NCBI GenBank assembly: GCA_964016885.1
Contig: OZ024746.1
Coordinates: 81,592,001 to 81,656,000 of the forward strand
Direction: 5' to 3'
DNA: 64,000 nt
Source: Eledone cirrhosa
Lineage: Eukaryota
Shown here piece after piece: positions 1 through 13,225 of this stretch (position 1 is the stretch's first letter; each line of letters starts with the position of its first letter). The notes under the pieces were generated by a model. The model did no database searches. It saw only the letters and a program-made list of their open reading frames with translations, and was not told the DNA's origin. The translations under genes were made by a program, and so were the position numbers.

Positions 1-92
1 TTCTTACTAGCAGCAGAGGGATGAAAAATACAATTGTAGTTATAATAATTTAGTTTCTTTTACAAGCGCAATAAAGAGGCTTCTTTGGGTGC

Positions 93-145
<53 letters not shown>

Positions 146-162
146 CGCACTCAAAGGAGCCT

Positions 163-240
<78 letters not shown>

Positions 241-247
<7 letters not shown>

Positions 248-416
248 TAACAGATTAAAGTTTAAGCAAAATAATCTCTTCCTGTCTTCCTTCGGTTGCA
301 ACGTTTTTTGAAATATTCACTTCTGCGTTCACAGATTGACTTTGTTAGTTTCAGAAGATCCCGTTAAGGGTGAAAGCAGCGATTCTTTGCTTAAACTTTA
401 ATCTGTTATTTTAATA
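241..416 (+). mobile_element. Short (TA)n-embedded PLE-tail-like island with inverted ends and HHR-like variant
   Basis: 241-270 is the reverse complement of ~386-415. Contains CAGAAGA-tccc-gttaa-gggt-GAAA. A second copy lies at ~33420-33536. Confidence 0.5.
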
Positions 417-495
417 AATATTTGCTCTACGGTTCTTATATATTTGATATATATTTATCCTTATCGAGCCCTCTTTGGATTTTAGTCTTCAAATT

Positions 496-578
<83 letters not shown>

Positions 579-590
579 CTCCCAAAGTAT

Positions 591-727
<137 letters not shown>

Positions 728-868
728 TGTTATACTTTGGGAGGGTCATGTTGCCAATAAAAAACACACGCACCAGTTGCTTTCACTTCAATTTATTATA
801 ATAAATTTATAAATTTATAAATTTCTGGTTGGTTGGTTGGTTCCACAACCAGATAGTTGTTTATATAT

Positions 869-913
869 AGTCATAGTTCTTTCGTCACACACTCTGTGAC
901 CTCTTCAGTGACT
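869..913 (-). ncRNA. Type I hammerhead ribozyme in PLE 3' region
   Basis: Minus strand: agtca-CTGAAGA-g-GTCACA-gagtg-TGTGAC-GAAA-gaac-TA-tgact. Stem I is 5 bp, stem II is 6 bp and the core is intact. Confidence 0.85.
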
Positions 914-1113
914 GGGGATTCCTTTCTTTGTTTCTGTGCTTCTCCTTTGTTCTGTCCTACGCTATTTTGTTTCTGTGTGTGTGTTGTGTGCTCAGTCTGC
1001 GCATGCGCCACATCCGGGTGTCTGTGTGTGTTTATGTTCATTTATTTATTTGTTTATTTACATGTTACTGGTTGGTTGTTTGTTCTATGTGTGTGTGTGT
1101 TTTCATTTTGTCC

Positions 1114-1500
1114 TTAATTGTAAGTTGTGATGTTGCTGTTCCACTCATATTTTCTATTTAATTTTGGTTGTAATTCTTTTATGTTTATTGCCTCTGTAAT
1201 TTGTCTAAACATTGCGTCTTTTCTGTGTGTAGATTCTATTTTTATTTCTATGTACTCTAATTTACCCTTGTGTTCTATCTTAGCATGTTGGTAGAGTACA
1301 GATGATTCTTTATTATCTTGAAGGTCTCGCCAGTGTTCATTTATCCGTTCCCCTACACTACGAGCTGTCTCACCTATGTACACTATATTTTTGTCTCTAC
1401 ATTGTCCTTCAGTACATCTTATGCTATACACTACATTTCTAGTTTTACAGTTAATATGGGGGCTTATTTTACAGGTTATACATTTCTTATCTATACATTG
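1114..1500 (-). pseudogene. Penelope-type GIY-YIG endonuclease domain (truncated ORF remnant)
   Basis: CITC...NCKTRNVVYSIRC...YIGETARSVGERINEH...LYQHAKIEH...RQITEAINIKELQPKLNRKYEW gives VY/YIG, R, H, E and N motifs of PLE GIY-YIG. The ORF's first codons come from the inverted segment. Confidence 0.9.
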
Positions 1501-1585
1501 GCAACATGACCCTCCCAAAGTATAACAATATCGGTTTCAACACACGATTTCAGATAAAGAATCTTGCTAAACAAATTCAGAAACG

Positions 1586-1639
<54 letters not shown>

Positions 1640-2533
1640 GCTTAGACGTGGCAGTACGGTTAAGGAATTTGTTTCGCAAACACGTGTGGCTATGGGTCCA
1701 ACCACACTGCGCAACACTTTGGTCAACTGTCTTGCACTTTAGTCTTGTGTTGATCAATAATGCCTTGTGATACAGGAGACAGAACTGAAGAATGCTAGTC
1801 TTATACGTGTGTGTGTGTGTGCGTGTGTGTGCGTGTGTGTGCGCGGGGCGCGCGCGCGTGTTTGACTCCATATTTATGGAATCAATAAAAGGATACAAGA
1901 AAATTATGTGTCTGCGTGCACGTCTGCGTGTGTGTACCTGTGTGATAACCATCAGGCAAACACATGCAGACGTATGTGTGCATGCGTTTGAGGGTAAATG
2001 TAAATATATAAATACACACATATACTCGGCAAATGTTTGTTTTTCGTTTCGTTTATCTTAATGACCCACTTTCCCTTCCCATTACTCCTCTGGGGTCCGT
2101 CTTAGCTGCCACTATCATTTGATCCGACCTTGTAAATAAAGTCGTAGAAAATTAATGAAATCTTGATAATACTAGCTCCTTTGTCGTTTTTTGTCTAACT
2201 TTAACTGAAGTAAATCTTCAAGATTCGCTGACACGTTTGCCCACGTATATTAGTTTGTATATGTATAAACATCTTAAATGAGTCTGTATCGTTGTTGTTG
2301 ACAGAGTCCGTTTGCGGAGTTAGTTTTCAATGTAGGGATCCGTTTCAATGGAACATATATGTTTGTATGTATGTATGCATGTATGTATGTATGTATGTAT
2401 GTATGTATGTATGTATCTATGTATGTATGTATGTATGTATGTATGCGTGCATGTATATATCGATATACATGCGTCTATATGTATATATGTACGTATTTAC
2501 CTATTTGTTTATGTATGTATGTATGTATGTATG

Positions 2534-2569
<36 letters not shown>

Positions 2570-2900
2570 TAGATAGATAGATAGATAGATATAGCGTGTG
2601 TGTGTGTGTATTTGTGTATACAGAAGAGAGGGGGAGAGAGAGGTGGCGAAGTATATCTCGTACTTGGAAAGAAATATAAAAATTTGAAAGTTGTAGAAAT
2701 ATATTATAGAATTTTAAACAGACTCTTGTTTTCTTTTTAATTTTGGTGATTCTGTTTTATCTTTATCTTTTGTCTCTCTTCTTGCTAAACAATTCAAGCT
2801 AGAATTCCTCAATTCTAGCTAAGGGTTCTGTATCTTCGTTAAAAGCATAACTCCTCAAAGGGCGTATGGGTTCTTTATTATTATTATTTTAATTATTATA

Positions 2901-3080
2901 GGGCGGTGGATTGGCAGTATCGGTAGAGGGTCGGACATCATGCTTTGCAGCATAGAGTTACGGCCCTTTATGATCTGAGTTTAAATCCCGTCGAGGTTAA
3001 CATTGCCTTTCATCCTTACGGGGTCGATAAAATAAAGTACCAATCACGCACTGGAGTCGATTTAATCGACTTTCGCCTCC
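2901..3080 (+). mobile_element. tRNA-derived SINE (family S1)
   Basis: Head gggcggtggattggcagtatcggtagag (A-box-like), gagtttaaatccc (B-box-like) and conserved central gcctttcatccttacggggtcgataaaataaagtacc. Many copies occur in the window. Confidence 0.85.
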
Positions 3081-3229
3081 TAATGATTTTCTTTTTGTTT
3101 ACAATATTTACATTTCACACAAAGTTAATTGTATTTATTTGTAATTTTTTTTTTTTTTATTATTTTTTTTATTTAGAGATTTATTATTTAGCTACTTCAT
3201 CAAAGATGGCCGTTTAGCTTACAGCATTC

Positions 3230-3440
3230 TGGCAGTATCGGTAGAGGGTCGGACGCCATGCTTTGCAACATATGAGTTACGGCCTTCTATGATCTGAGTT
3301 CAAATCCCGTCGAGGTTAACTTTGCCTTTCATCCTTACAGGGTCGATAAAATAAAGTACTAGTCACGCACTGGGGTCGATTTAATCGACTTTCCCCTCCC
3401 CAAAAAATTGCTTGCCTTGTGCTTATATATAAGAAACCAA
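3230..3440 (+). mobile_element. SINE S1 copy
   Basis: Same head, B box gagttcaaatccc, central domain and tail gccttgtgc...agaaac. Confidence 0.85.
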
Positions 3441-3625
3441 TATTCATATTTCACACACGGTTAACATTAAAACTTACACGTTTCTAAGTAATTATTAAGT
3501 ATTAATTATAAAAGTATGTAAACAAGCTCAGAAAATACTTCTCTGAATTTCTTGTTGGATTTTTTTTTAAATATTTTTTCTGTTCTCGTTTTTGATGGGT
3601 GTTTTCTGCAATTAGTGCTGACAGC

Positions 3626-3911
3626 TGTAGCGAAAGTGTGGCGTATCGTCATATTTTATTTAGTATTATATTTTGTAGTCGTCAACTCAGACGGAAATAG
3701 CTATGGTGACACCTTGGAGTATATAAGCCAACTCACTCAGCCCTAGTTCTTCCCTCCCTAAGACATTCGACAACGGACTTTGGTTGTAGCTGTCAGCCAT
3801 AAAAACTAGCAATGCCACAGCCTAGCCATGCCACCAGATTAGTAAACCTGCATCTCCACATTCACACACTCTGTATCTCTGTAACACATATTGCTGACAA
3901 ATTCCACTACA
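3626..3911 (+). mobile_element. Possible solo LTR
   Basis: TG...CA ends with imperfect inverted termini (tgtagcgaa / tccactaca), internal TATATAA and AGTAAA. No matching TSD found. Confidence 0.3.
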
Positions 3912-5237
3912 TCTAAATACATGTACATCACGATAAATAATTTTCTCCGTGAACTCTGTATTGTACTAATGTAAACACACGTATTGTTATGTACCTGCTG
4001 TTTTGTTTGTCGCATGGTTTGTTCGAATTCTATCGGCCATATCGCTTAATCAATCAAACTACCATGTTCAAACATTCCTGCAAAATAGCGATTTCAGCAA
4101 ATCTAGCGATTGGGGTCTGATTTAGTTGAGTAAGCCCGCTCGGAAATATGTCACAGCAATTTAAAATTTTTTTTTTTTTTTTTATGATGATGATAACTTG
4201 CCTGAATATTTTTGGTCGGATAGCCCACCAATGACGAATGTTTATCTCCCCGCCACCTCTTCAGTTAGGTTTTTACGATTCTACTTGACTTGGGTTTCAT
4301 TTAACTAACGGATTGATACTAGTCTGTAACAAGGAAAATTCGGCGTATTTTCTTTCTCAGTGAAAGATGAATAAATCATCACTGGGCTGATACTAAAAAC
4401 AGACAAACAACACAATAAATATCATTGTGAAGTTAAAAGCAAATGGAAAATATATAATAATTGGTCCTTCGGTGTATTAAACCTTAGGCTTGAGAATGAT
4501 ATAGCTCTTGCATCAAATATGGTGTGGAATTGCAATACATAAATGGATAAGGCGTCACCCACTCATCTCATAAGATCGTATTTGTATCCTGTTATTGCTA
4601 TTGCACTATGTCTACTGGGAATAGATTTTAATTCTGCTTAACATCAGTTAACTAAAATGAAATTAGGCACCGATATTTCAGAAACTCAGTGATGGGATAA
4701 TGAATTGACTATAAGTTTTATATTTATCACTTAAATCCATGTTTTCGTGTGTTCCTTTTAGACCCTTCTATTTAAGAACCTAATATAAACATTACCCAAT
4801 GTAAAATAAACTGGAGAGATTCAGACTTTTCCAGACATGAAAGTCATGGAAACCAAAGGCTGGAGTCTTTTTTCTCTGGTGATCTTAAAGTCTACAAGTG
4901 AAGAAGAAACAATTACCTTATGGCTAAAAATCAAACTCGGTGACCACTGGATAACATAATTGATTCATTTTAATTAATAGAGATTTTAGGGTTGTTGCTC
5001 CTTCCTTTCCTGACCATTCAGGTAATGTATATTCCTATCACTAAAGTTAGTACCCATTTTACCATAGAAATATTTTGTCAATGAATTCTTTTATTGTGTA
5101 CATACAAAAATATAGTTCTTGAATGTACTATATATGGTGTGTACATGTGCACACACACGCGCGGGCAGACGTAGAAAAGCTACTGTTACATGATAAATAT
5201 AAAGGACAAAGAAAGAAATATGAAAAAAAAAACTTTA

Positions 5238-5312
<75 letters not shown>

Positions 5313-5432
5313 GTTGAAAAGGTAACACACCAGAGAGAGATATACAGTGCGTTATCAATAAAACAGGGGAAAAAGCCACCAGTGTATGGAATCTATAGGG
5401 AATAGCGAGGGCCTATGCCTCCGTTAATTTAT

Positions 5433-5504
<72 letters not shown>

Positions 5505-5510
<6 letters not shown>

Positions 5511-5699
5511 ATCTTTAACCCCGACGGCAGAGGTCAAGCCGTTTCGACGGCTAGGCTATTTCCGTCCAGAAATAGCCGTCGAAAGGGCTTGAGCTCTGTC
5601 GTCGGGGTTAAACATTTTCCTATTACCCACTCTACTACCCCAAGTATTGAGTACTCTGGTGCGTTATGATCCATCTGGTTCTTTACCACACCTCCTTCG

Positions 5700-5763
<64 letters not shown>

Positions 5764-5882
5764 CGAATGAAATGTGGTAAGGAACCAGATGGACCATAAC
5801 GCACCAGAGTACTCAATACTTAGGGTAGTACAGAATTAGCCGTCGAAACGGCTTGAGCTCAGCCGTCGGGGTCCTACTCGTT

Positions 5883-5885
<3 letters not shown>
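5505..5885. mobile_element. PLE-tail-like family A fragments in (TA)n, including a ~97-bp hairpin (5515-5611)
   Basis: ttaaccccgacggcagag...ctctgtcgtcggggttaa forms an inverted repeat. Segments at ~5630-5690 and ~5768-5830 are reverse complements across a (TA)n tract. Another copy lies at 13222-13392. Confidence 0.6.
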
Positions 5886-5938
<53 letters not shown>

Positions 5939-6231
5939 GGGCGAAGATAGGAAAATGAAGGAATGCAGACAGTAACCCCATCTCATCAATCGGTTGCTAG
6001 GGATACGTTCTTTCGGTGCTTTACCCCTCACAACATCCATCCCAAACAAATCTCTAGATAACGATACTGATCAATTTATTTCTGATATTTCCGATGATTT
6101 CATATAAATGAGACAGTTCTAGTCCTGTAAAGGTCATGTCTATACTATATAAAATAAGCATGCCTATACTTTACCAACGTATTGAGTACCTTTTTTTATT
6201 TGGAGTCACCTCCCGATAATCTAATCACAAT

Positions 6232-6262
<31 letters not shown>

Positions 6263-6307
6263 TGGTGTCCCAGCATGGCCTCAGCCGGATGGCTGGGACA
6301 GGTAAAA

Positions 6308-6350
<43 letters not shown>

Positions 6351-6358
6351 TTTACCTG

Positions 6359-6398
<40 letters not shown>

Positions 6399-6406
6399 TT
6401 TACCTG

Positions 6407-6474
<68 letters not shown>

Positions 6475-6559
6475 TTTACCTGTTCTCTCTCTCTATATAT
6501 ATATATATAAAATAAAGTTAAATAAAAGTCAAATGATTAAAATTTAGCTTCGTTTATTA

Positions 6560-6612
6560 CTGCTATATATATTTCAGTGACAGCCATCTTTGGCTGTGAC
6601 CTCTTCAGGCAG
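6560..6612 (-). ncRNA. Type I hammerhead ribozyme
   Basis: Minus strand: ctgc-CTGAAGA-ggtcACAGCCA-aaga-TGGCTGTcact-GAAA-tatata-TA-gcag. Stem I is 4 bp, stem II is long and helix III is palindromic. Confidence 0.8.
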
Positions 6613-6773
6613 TTTGAATTAGTATGGTATAGACAAGTACATATGTTGTTTAGGTGTATGATATTGTCAATACTCTGATATGCCCAGTTCCTTGTTGGGT
6701 TGTTAATTCACTGGGGAACTGGATATATATATATATATATATATGTATATGTATATGTATGTATGTATGTATG

Positions 6774-6807
<34 letters not shown>

Positions 6808-7389
6808 TGTATGTATGTATGTATGTATGTATGCATGTATGTATGTATATGTGTACGCGTACAAGCATGTGCGTATGTCGTATGTGTGCTTATGCGCACA
6901 CTGATTCGGTTCAGCATTAACCCCACCAAAGTATTAGCGACTTAAAATATGTGAACTAACTAAACTGGGACTTAAAGCTGGGACATGTAATAGCTTCCCT
7001 GCAAATTTATATCCGATATACTACAACTCAAATTGTATTGCACTGTATGCATACGAATTTGCTGTGTATATCTATGTATTTCGAAGATTAAGTAAATAAA
7101 CAATCCAGGAAGAGATTTAGTTTTGTTGAAAGTTAAATTAAATGATTATATTTAAATAGATGTGGGATTTGTAAAAATCTGTTATTGCCCCAGTTAGATA
7201 TGTGAAATAGATAATTAGGATTATCCAGGATAATTAAGGGACACGTTCTCTTCCTGTCCTTACATCCCCACAACCGCTGCCAACAAACTTCTGTAACACA
7301 GCTTTGTGTGATCACATGCTCTGGGCCCTTTATCCGAGTGATGGGTTATGGTAGCTTATATATCTATATTTATAACTATCTATCTATTC

Positions 7390-7433
<44 letters not shown>

Positions 7434-7434
7434 C

Positions 7435-7619
7435 TGTTTCTACGTTAGGCACAAGGCCAGCAAATACCCAGTGCATTACTGGTACTTTATTTTATCGACC
7501 CCGTAAGGATGAAAGGCAAAGTTAACCTCGGTGGGATTTGAACTCAGAATGGCAAGGGCCGTAACTCTATACGTCAAAACATGCGTCCGACCCTCTACCA
7601 ATACTGCCAATCCACCGCC
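7435..7619 (-). mobile_element. SINE S1 copy
   Basis: Reverse complement of the S1 head, central domain and tail. Confidence 0.85.
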
Positions 7620-7739
7620 ATATATATATAACGTACTGAATATATATTGGCGTACTGAAAAAAACAGCACAGTACCTCCGAAATATATATAATAAAACAT
7701 ATTTTGATTATGTGAACGTATTCATTTATTAATATTTTG

Positions 7740-7834
<95 letters not shown>

Positions 7835-7871
7835 TAAAATGAACTTGCTTCGGGAAAAACAAATTTTGTAT

Positions 7872-7929
7872 TTTATCTGATGAGAGCGTACCAAAGTTTT
7901 TTGGGTACCCTTGAAATATATATAATAGA
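7872..7929 (+). ncRNA. Type I hammerhead ribozyme in a (TA)n-flanked island
   Basis: tttat-CTGATGA-gagcGTACC-aaagttttttg-GGTACcctt-GAAA-tatata-TA-ataga. Confidence 0.7.
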
Positions 7930-7975
7930 ATAAATATGGTTTTATAAATATAGTTTCCATTTATTAATATCATTG

Positions 7976-8053
<78 letters not shown>

Positions 8054-8089
8054 TATATAGTTATATATAGTTATAGTTATATACAGGGT

Positions 8090-8179
<90 letters not shown>

Positions 8180-8937
8180 CGACTACAAAAAATATATTTT
8201 TCAAGACGTCTACTATTTAAAGAAATAACTGGATAGATAATACAATAAAGTATGTATCTGTGGATTTTATATGGATACTTGGCAAAAACACCTAAGTCTT
8301 GAAACACACAGATACGCATATAGTCACGCACACATGCATATGTAAATATCCGTGGATATGTGCTCCAGCTTGACCTTTGCTTTGATGGCTAAAGTCATTT
8401 AGGGTTAACTATATGAACAAAAATGTACTTTCAAATATGCTTTTATATAAGTCTTTATTATGAATCACGACATGTTACTGCTATTGCTAATTATTATCCA
8501 CCCGTCAAATCACCGCTATATGCAAATGAGCGCTTCCAACGCAAAATAAATATAAACGATAGCTTATCTTCGCCACTAGTTTCTTGAGTTCTCACAAGCT
8601 TATCAATGTAGCTGTGACATAATCAAAACTTAAGGTACTACAGCAAGACTTGTGTATGTTTGTTTATACACCTCTATTTTGAATCACGCCATTTTAATGA
8701 AACAAAATGAGAATTTCGTTTTTCGCTCTAACATAGCGGATACGTAAATGCATTCGTGAATTTTATATCGAATAATAATATTCAATTCGTTTGCAAGCAA
8801 ACAGCCTCATTACGTTGTTTTATAGATGACCACTGGCAGGTGAAAATATTTTTTCTTGTGGTTGAAGACTCCCTCTGACGATAAACCTGTCTCACATATT
8901 GATTAAGACAATTAATATTGTTCTTGCGTTTTGAAAC

Positions 8938-10635
8938 TATAGTGATGTAAGTGTAAATAGCTTATAGTGATGTAAGTGTAAATAGCTTATTGTGATATAA
9001 GTGTTAATAGCTTATTGTGATATAAGTGTAAATAGCATATTGTGATATAAGTGTAAATAGCTTATTGTGATGTAAGTGTAAATAGCTTATTGTGATGTAA
9101 GTGTAAATAGCTTATTGTGATATAAGTGTAAATAGCTTATTGTGATATAAGTGGTAATAGCTTATTGTGATATAAGTGGTAATAGCTTATTGTGATATAA
9201 GTGTTAATAGCTTATTGTGATATAAGTGTAAATAGCATATTGTGATATAAATGTAAATAGCTTATTGTGATGTAAGTGTAAATAGCTTATTGTGATATAA
9301 GTGTAAATAGCTTATTGTGATATAAGTGTTAATAGCTTATTGTGATATAAGTGTAAATAGCATATTGTGATGTAAGTGTAAATAGCTTATTGTGATGTAA
9401 GTGTAAATAGCTTATTGTGATGTAAGTGTAAATAGCTTATTGTGATATAAGTGTAAATAGCTTTAGCTTATTGTGATGTAAGTGTAAATAGCATATTGTG
9501 ATGTAAGTGTAAATAGCTTATTGTGATGTAAGTGTAAATAGCTTATTGTGATGTAAGTGTAAATAGCTTATTGTGATGTAAATGTAAATAGCTTATTGTG
9601 ATATAAGTGTAAATAGCTTATTGTGATGTAAGTGTATTGTGATGTAAGTGTTAATAGCTTATTGTGATGTAAGTGTTAATAGCTTATTGTGATATAAGTA
9701 TTAATAGCTTATTGTAATATAAGTGTAAATAGCTTATTGTGATGTAACTGTAAATAACTTATTGTGATGTAAGTGTAAATAGCTTATTGTGATATAAGTG
9801 TAAATAGCTTATTGTGATATAAGTGTTAATAGCTTATTGTGATATAAGTGTAAATAGCATATTGTGATATAAGTGTAAATAGCTTATTGTGATGTAAGTG
9901 TAAATAGCTTATTGTGATGTAAGTGTAAATAGCTTATTGTGATATAAGTGTAAATAGCTTATTGTGATATAAGTGGTAATAGCTTATTGTGATATAAGTG
10001 GTAATAGCTTATTGTGATATAAGTGTTAATAGCTTATTGTGATATAAGTGTAAATAGCATATTGTGATATAAATGTAAATAGCTTATTGTGATGTAAGTG
10101 TAAATAGCTTATTGTGATATAAGTGTAAATAGCTTATTGTGATATAAGTGTTAATAGCTTATTGTGATATAAGTGTAAATAGCATATTGTGATGTAAGTG
10201 TAAATGGCTTATTGTGATGTAAGTGTAAATATTTTATTGTGATGTAAGTGTAAATAGCTTATTGTGATATAAGTGTAAATAGCTTTAGCTTATTGTGATG
10301 TAAGTGTAAATAGCATATTGTGATGTAAGTGTAAATAGCTTATTGTGATGTAAGTGTAAATAGCTTATTGTGATGTAAGTGTAAATAGCTTATTGTGATG
10401 TAAATGTAAATAGCTTATTGTGATATAAGTGTAAATAGCTTATTGTGATATAAGTGTATTGCGATGTAAGTGTTAATAGCTTATTGTGATGTAAGTGTTA
10501 ATAGCTTATTGTGATATAAGTATTAATAGCTTATTGTGATGTAAGTGTAAATAGCTTATTGTGATGTAAGTGTAAATAGCTTATTGTGATGTAAGTGTAA
10601 ATAGCTTATTGTGATATAAGTGTAAATAACTTATT
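8938..10635. repeat. 25-bp minisatellite (ttattgtgatRtaagtgtaaatagc), about 68 copies, with an 822-bp higher-order duplication
   Basis: Unit directly visible. Diagnostic variants recur 822 bp apart (9151/9973, 9461/10283, 9632/10454). Confidence 0.95.
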
Positions 10636-10957
10636 TTGCGCGAATCTCCTTTGTTTTGGAATTCAAAACATAAGTTTATTAAATTGTTTATATGAGGAAA
10701 AGCAAAAATAGAAATGTTTTTGTTTCCCATCCCACCTTCGTTTAAACATGACATCCGGTGTATCCACAAACTTCCTATATTTTGGACGCCAACACATCGT
10801 ACACAATCATTTTTTTTCAGAAATTCTTCAATAAAAGAAGTGTCAAAATCAGTTGGATTTGCACCTAAAATGTTGCTATAACGTTGTCGACAATAAGATT
10901 GTTTGAGTGCACATTAACAGTTTTAAAGCGTTACCAACGTATCAAGCGTATAATATA

Positions 10958-11283
10958 TCTATATATCTAAAACAGAGAATGTCTGTCTGTCTGGCTCCCT
11001 AAAACTCGAGAACCACCCAACCGAATTTTTTCAAACTCTACACATGTAATACTTATGATCGGGTGAGTGTTTTGAGCAAAACATATTTCAAATTATCAAT
11101 GCCCTAGGGAGTGCATTAGGCGCCGGTTAGCGATCTCTCTCTCTTTCTTTCTTAGTCTGTCTTTTTAGATAGATACATAATTATAACGTCGCACCCTTAT
11201 AATATTTGTCTGTATGTCTGGCTGTCTGCATTGCGACAATATAACACTATCTCTGTGTGTGGGTGTATATATATGTATATATA

Positions 11284-11321
<38 letters not shown>

Positions 11322-11484
11322 TTATTTATTTATATTTATATATTCGTGTACAGATATTTTTGCACACATAATAACAAAATATAAGCAAACGTATTTATTT
11401 CACGAGGTTCGATAAGGATAAAAATATATCAAATATATAATAACCCTAGAGCAAATCTCGAGCAACGCCGGGCCATTCTGCTAG
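10958..11484 (+). mobile_element. Non-autonomous Helitron-like element
   Basis: 5' TC (tctatatatctaaaacagagaatgtctgtctg). 3' end has GC-rich ctcgagcaacgccggg followed by CTAG and then T. Sits between A and T with no TSD. Confidence 0.75.
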
Positions 11485-11488
11485 TATA

Positions 11489-12201
11489 TCTATATATCTA
11501 AAACAGAATGTCTGTTTGTCTGTCTGACTGTCTCCCTAAAACTCGAGAACCGCCCAACCGATTTTTTTCAAACTTTGCACATGCAATACTTATGTTCGTG
11601 TGAGTGTTTTGAGTCGAAAAGATTTTCTCATTTTTTGCCCCAGGGACCACATTAGGCGAAAAACCGATTTTTAAAAGCATTTTGGTTGCGTTAGGGCCTG
11701 TAACTCGAAAAGTACCCAACCGATTTTTTTTTAACTTTGCATATGCATTACTTATGTTTCACAAATTTTCTTGACTGAAAAAGATTTCAAATTTTTGCCC
11801 GGGTACCGCATTATTTAGCATTTTGGTTGCGTTAGGGCATGTAACCTTAAAAGTATTCAACTAAATTCCTTCATGCTCTCCACCACTGCAGCCCCACAAG
11901 CTTACTGCTCTGTAACTATTGCTTTCATTGTACCATAGCACAACAAATACATGTTCGGTTTGTCGAATGCCTTTTTACTTAACCCTATTGTCTTGGCTTT
12001 CGTGGGTTGAACATTTTACTCTCAGGCACCCAATTAAGTTAAACCCATGGTAATCTACGACAAATTTTTTTTATAAGCACAAAATGTAGACACCATCCCC
12101 AGGCCTAGGTATTCCGTACTTCTCTGTACTGTTTCAGAAAGGAGGGATAAACATGCCAATCTATATTTAGAATCCCGAGCAACGCCAGGCCATTCTGCTA
12201 G
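11489..12201 (+). mobile_element. Non-autonomous Helitron-like element, head-to-tail with the previous copy
   Basis: Same 5' end and same 3' end (cccgagcaacgccaggccattctgCTAG-t) with a different interior that includes an internal ~160-bp duplication. Confidence 0.75.
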
Positions 12202-12354
12202 TATTATACAAAGATCATATCTTTGATTTTGTTCTATTATTAAGATTGTTTACTTGATGGCATAAAGTTAAAAATAGTAGATAACAATTATCAAGGTAGA
12301 AGTAATAAGTCTATAACAAAGAATATAGTTGTTTTTTTTTATTTTCTAGTAATA

Positions 12355-12535
12355 ATTGTTTCTAATTTTGGCTCAAGGCCAGCAATTACCCAGTGCATTA
12401 CTGGTACTTTATTTTATCGACCCCGTAATGATGAAAGGCAAAGTTAACCTCTCGACGGGATTTGAACTCAGACCGTAAAGGGACGTAACTGTGCTGGAAA
12501 GCATGGCGTCCGACCCTCTACCGATACTGCCAATT
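12355..12535 (-). mobile_element. SINE S1 copy
   Basis: Reverse complement of S1. Confidence 0.8.
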
Positions 12536-12970
12536 CACACTGTATAATTACTACAGCAGTATTGATGTGAATTTATACAATCTCAAAATCCAAATTAAGA
12601 AATTACATACTTTATGGTTTTCTATAAACTTCCAAATAACCATGGAAATTCCACTAGCTGGTTATTATAATTGGTTGAGTCTTTACATTCGCATCCCTCA
12701 TCCCTCACTATTACTAATGGTCTGCCCCATATTTTCATCCATGTATTCATATCAATACACCAATATGTGTTTCTCTCTTTGTTTATATAGATACAAGTTT
12801 ATATAGTTACACATTCTTTCAACGAATATCGAATATATGGATTTAAATTTTTTTTTTTTTTTTTCATTGTATGAACATCGGGAAACTATTAGTTGCGATG
12901 AAGGAATAATAATATAGGAAATTGAAAAATAATATTTATTTGAGTGTGTGCGTGTATGTGTGTACATATT

Positions 12971-13031
<61 letters not shown>

Positions 13032-13174
13032 GAAGTGACAATAAGAATTGCACACTCTGCAAACTACAGCCCCCTTAAACCTGGAGCACAACCCAACGAG
13101 AGACGGATCCAGTAACAGCATCGAGTGCTTCGACCTGCGTTACCGCTAGTAACCACAGGTTACTCACATAATAA

Positions 13175-13221
<47 letters not shown>

Positions 13222-13225
<4 letters not shown>

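Noticed and set aside
1497-1518. N-terminus MGGSCCQ of the GIY-YIG ORF as a real start
   Set aside because: It derives from the inverted terminal segment fused at the truncation point.
2901-2990. tRNA gene
   Set aside because: A/B-box-like motifs are the head of a multicopy SINE, with no complete cloverleaf.
4762-5022. Possible host exon (polypyrimidine-AG at ~4761, CAG/GTAATG at ~5021)
   Set aside because: No continuous recognisable reading frame, and splice-like motifs alone are insufficient.
8938-10635. CRISPR-like regular repeats
   Set aside because: There are no unique spacers and the context is eukaryotic; this is a plain minisatellite.
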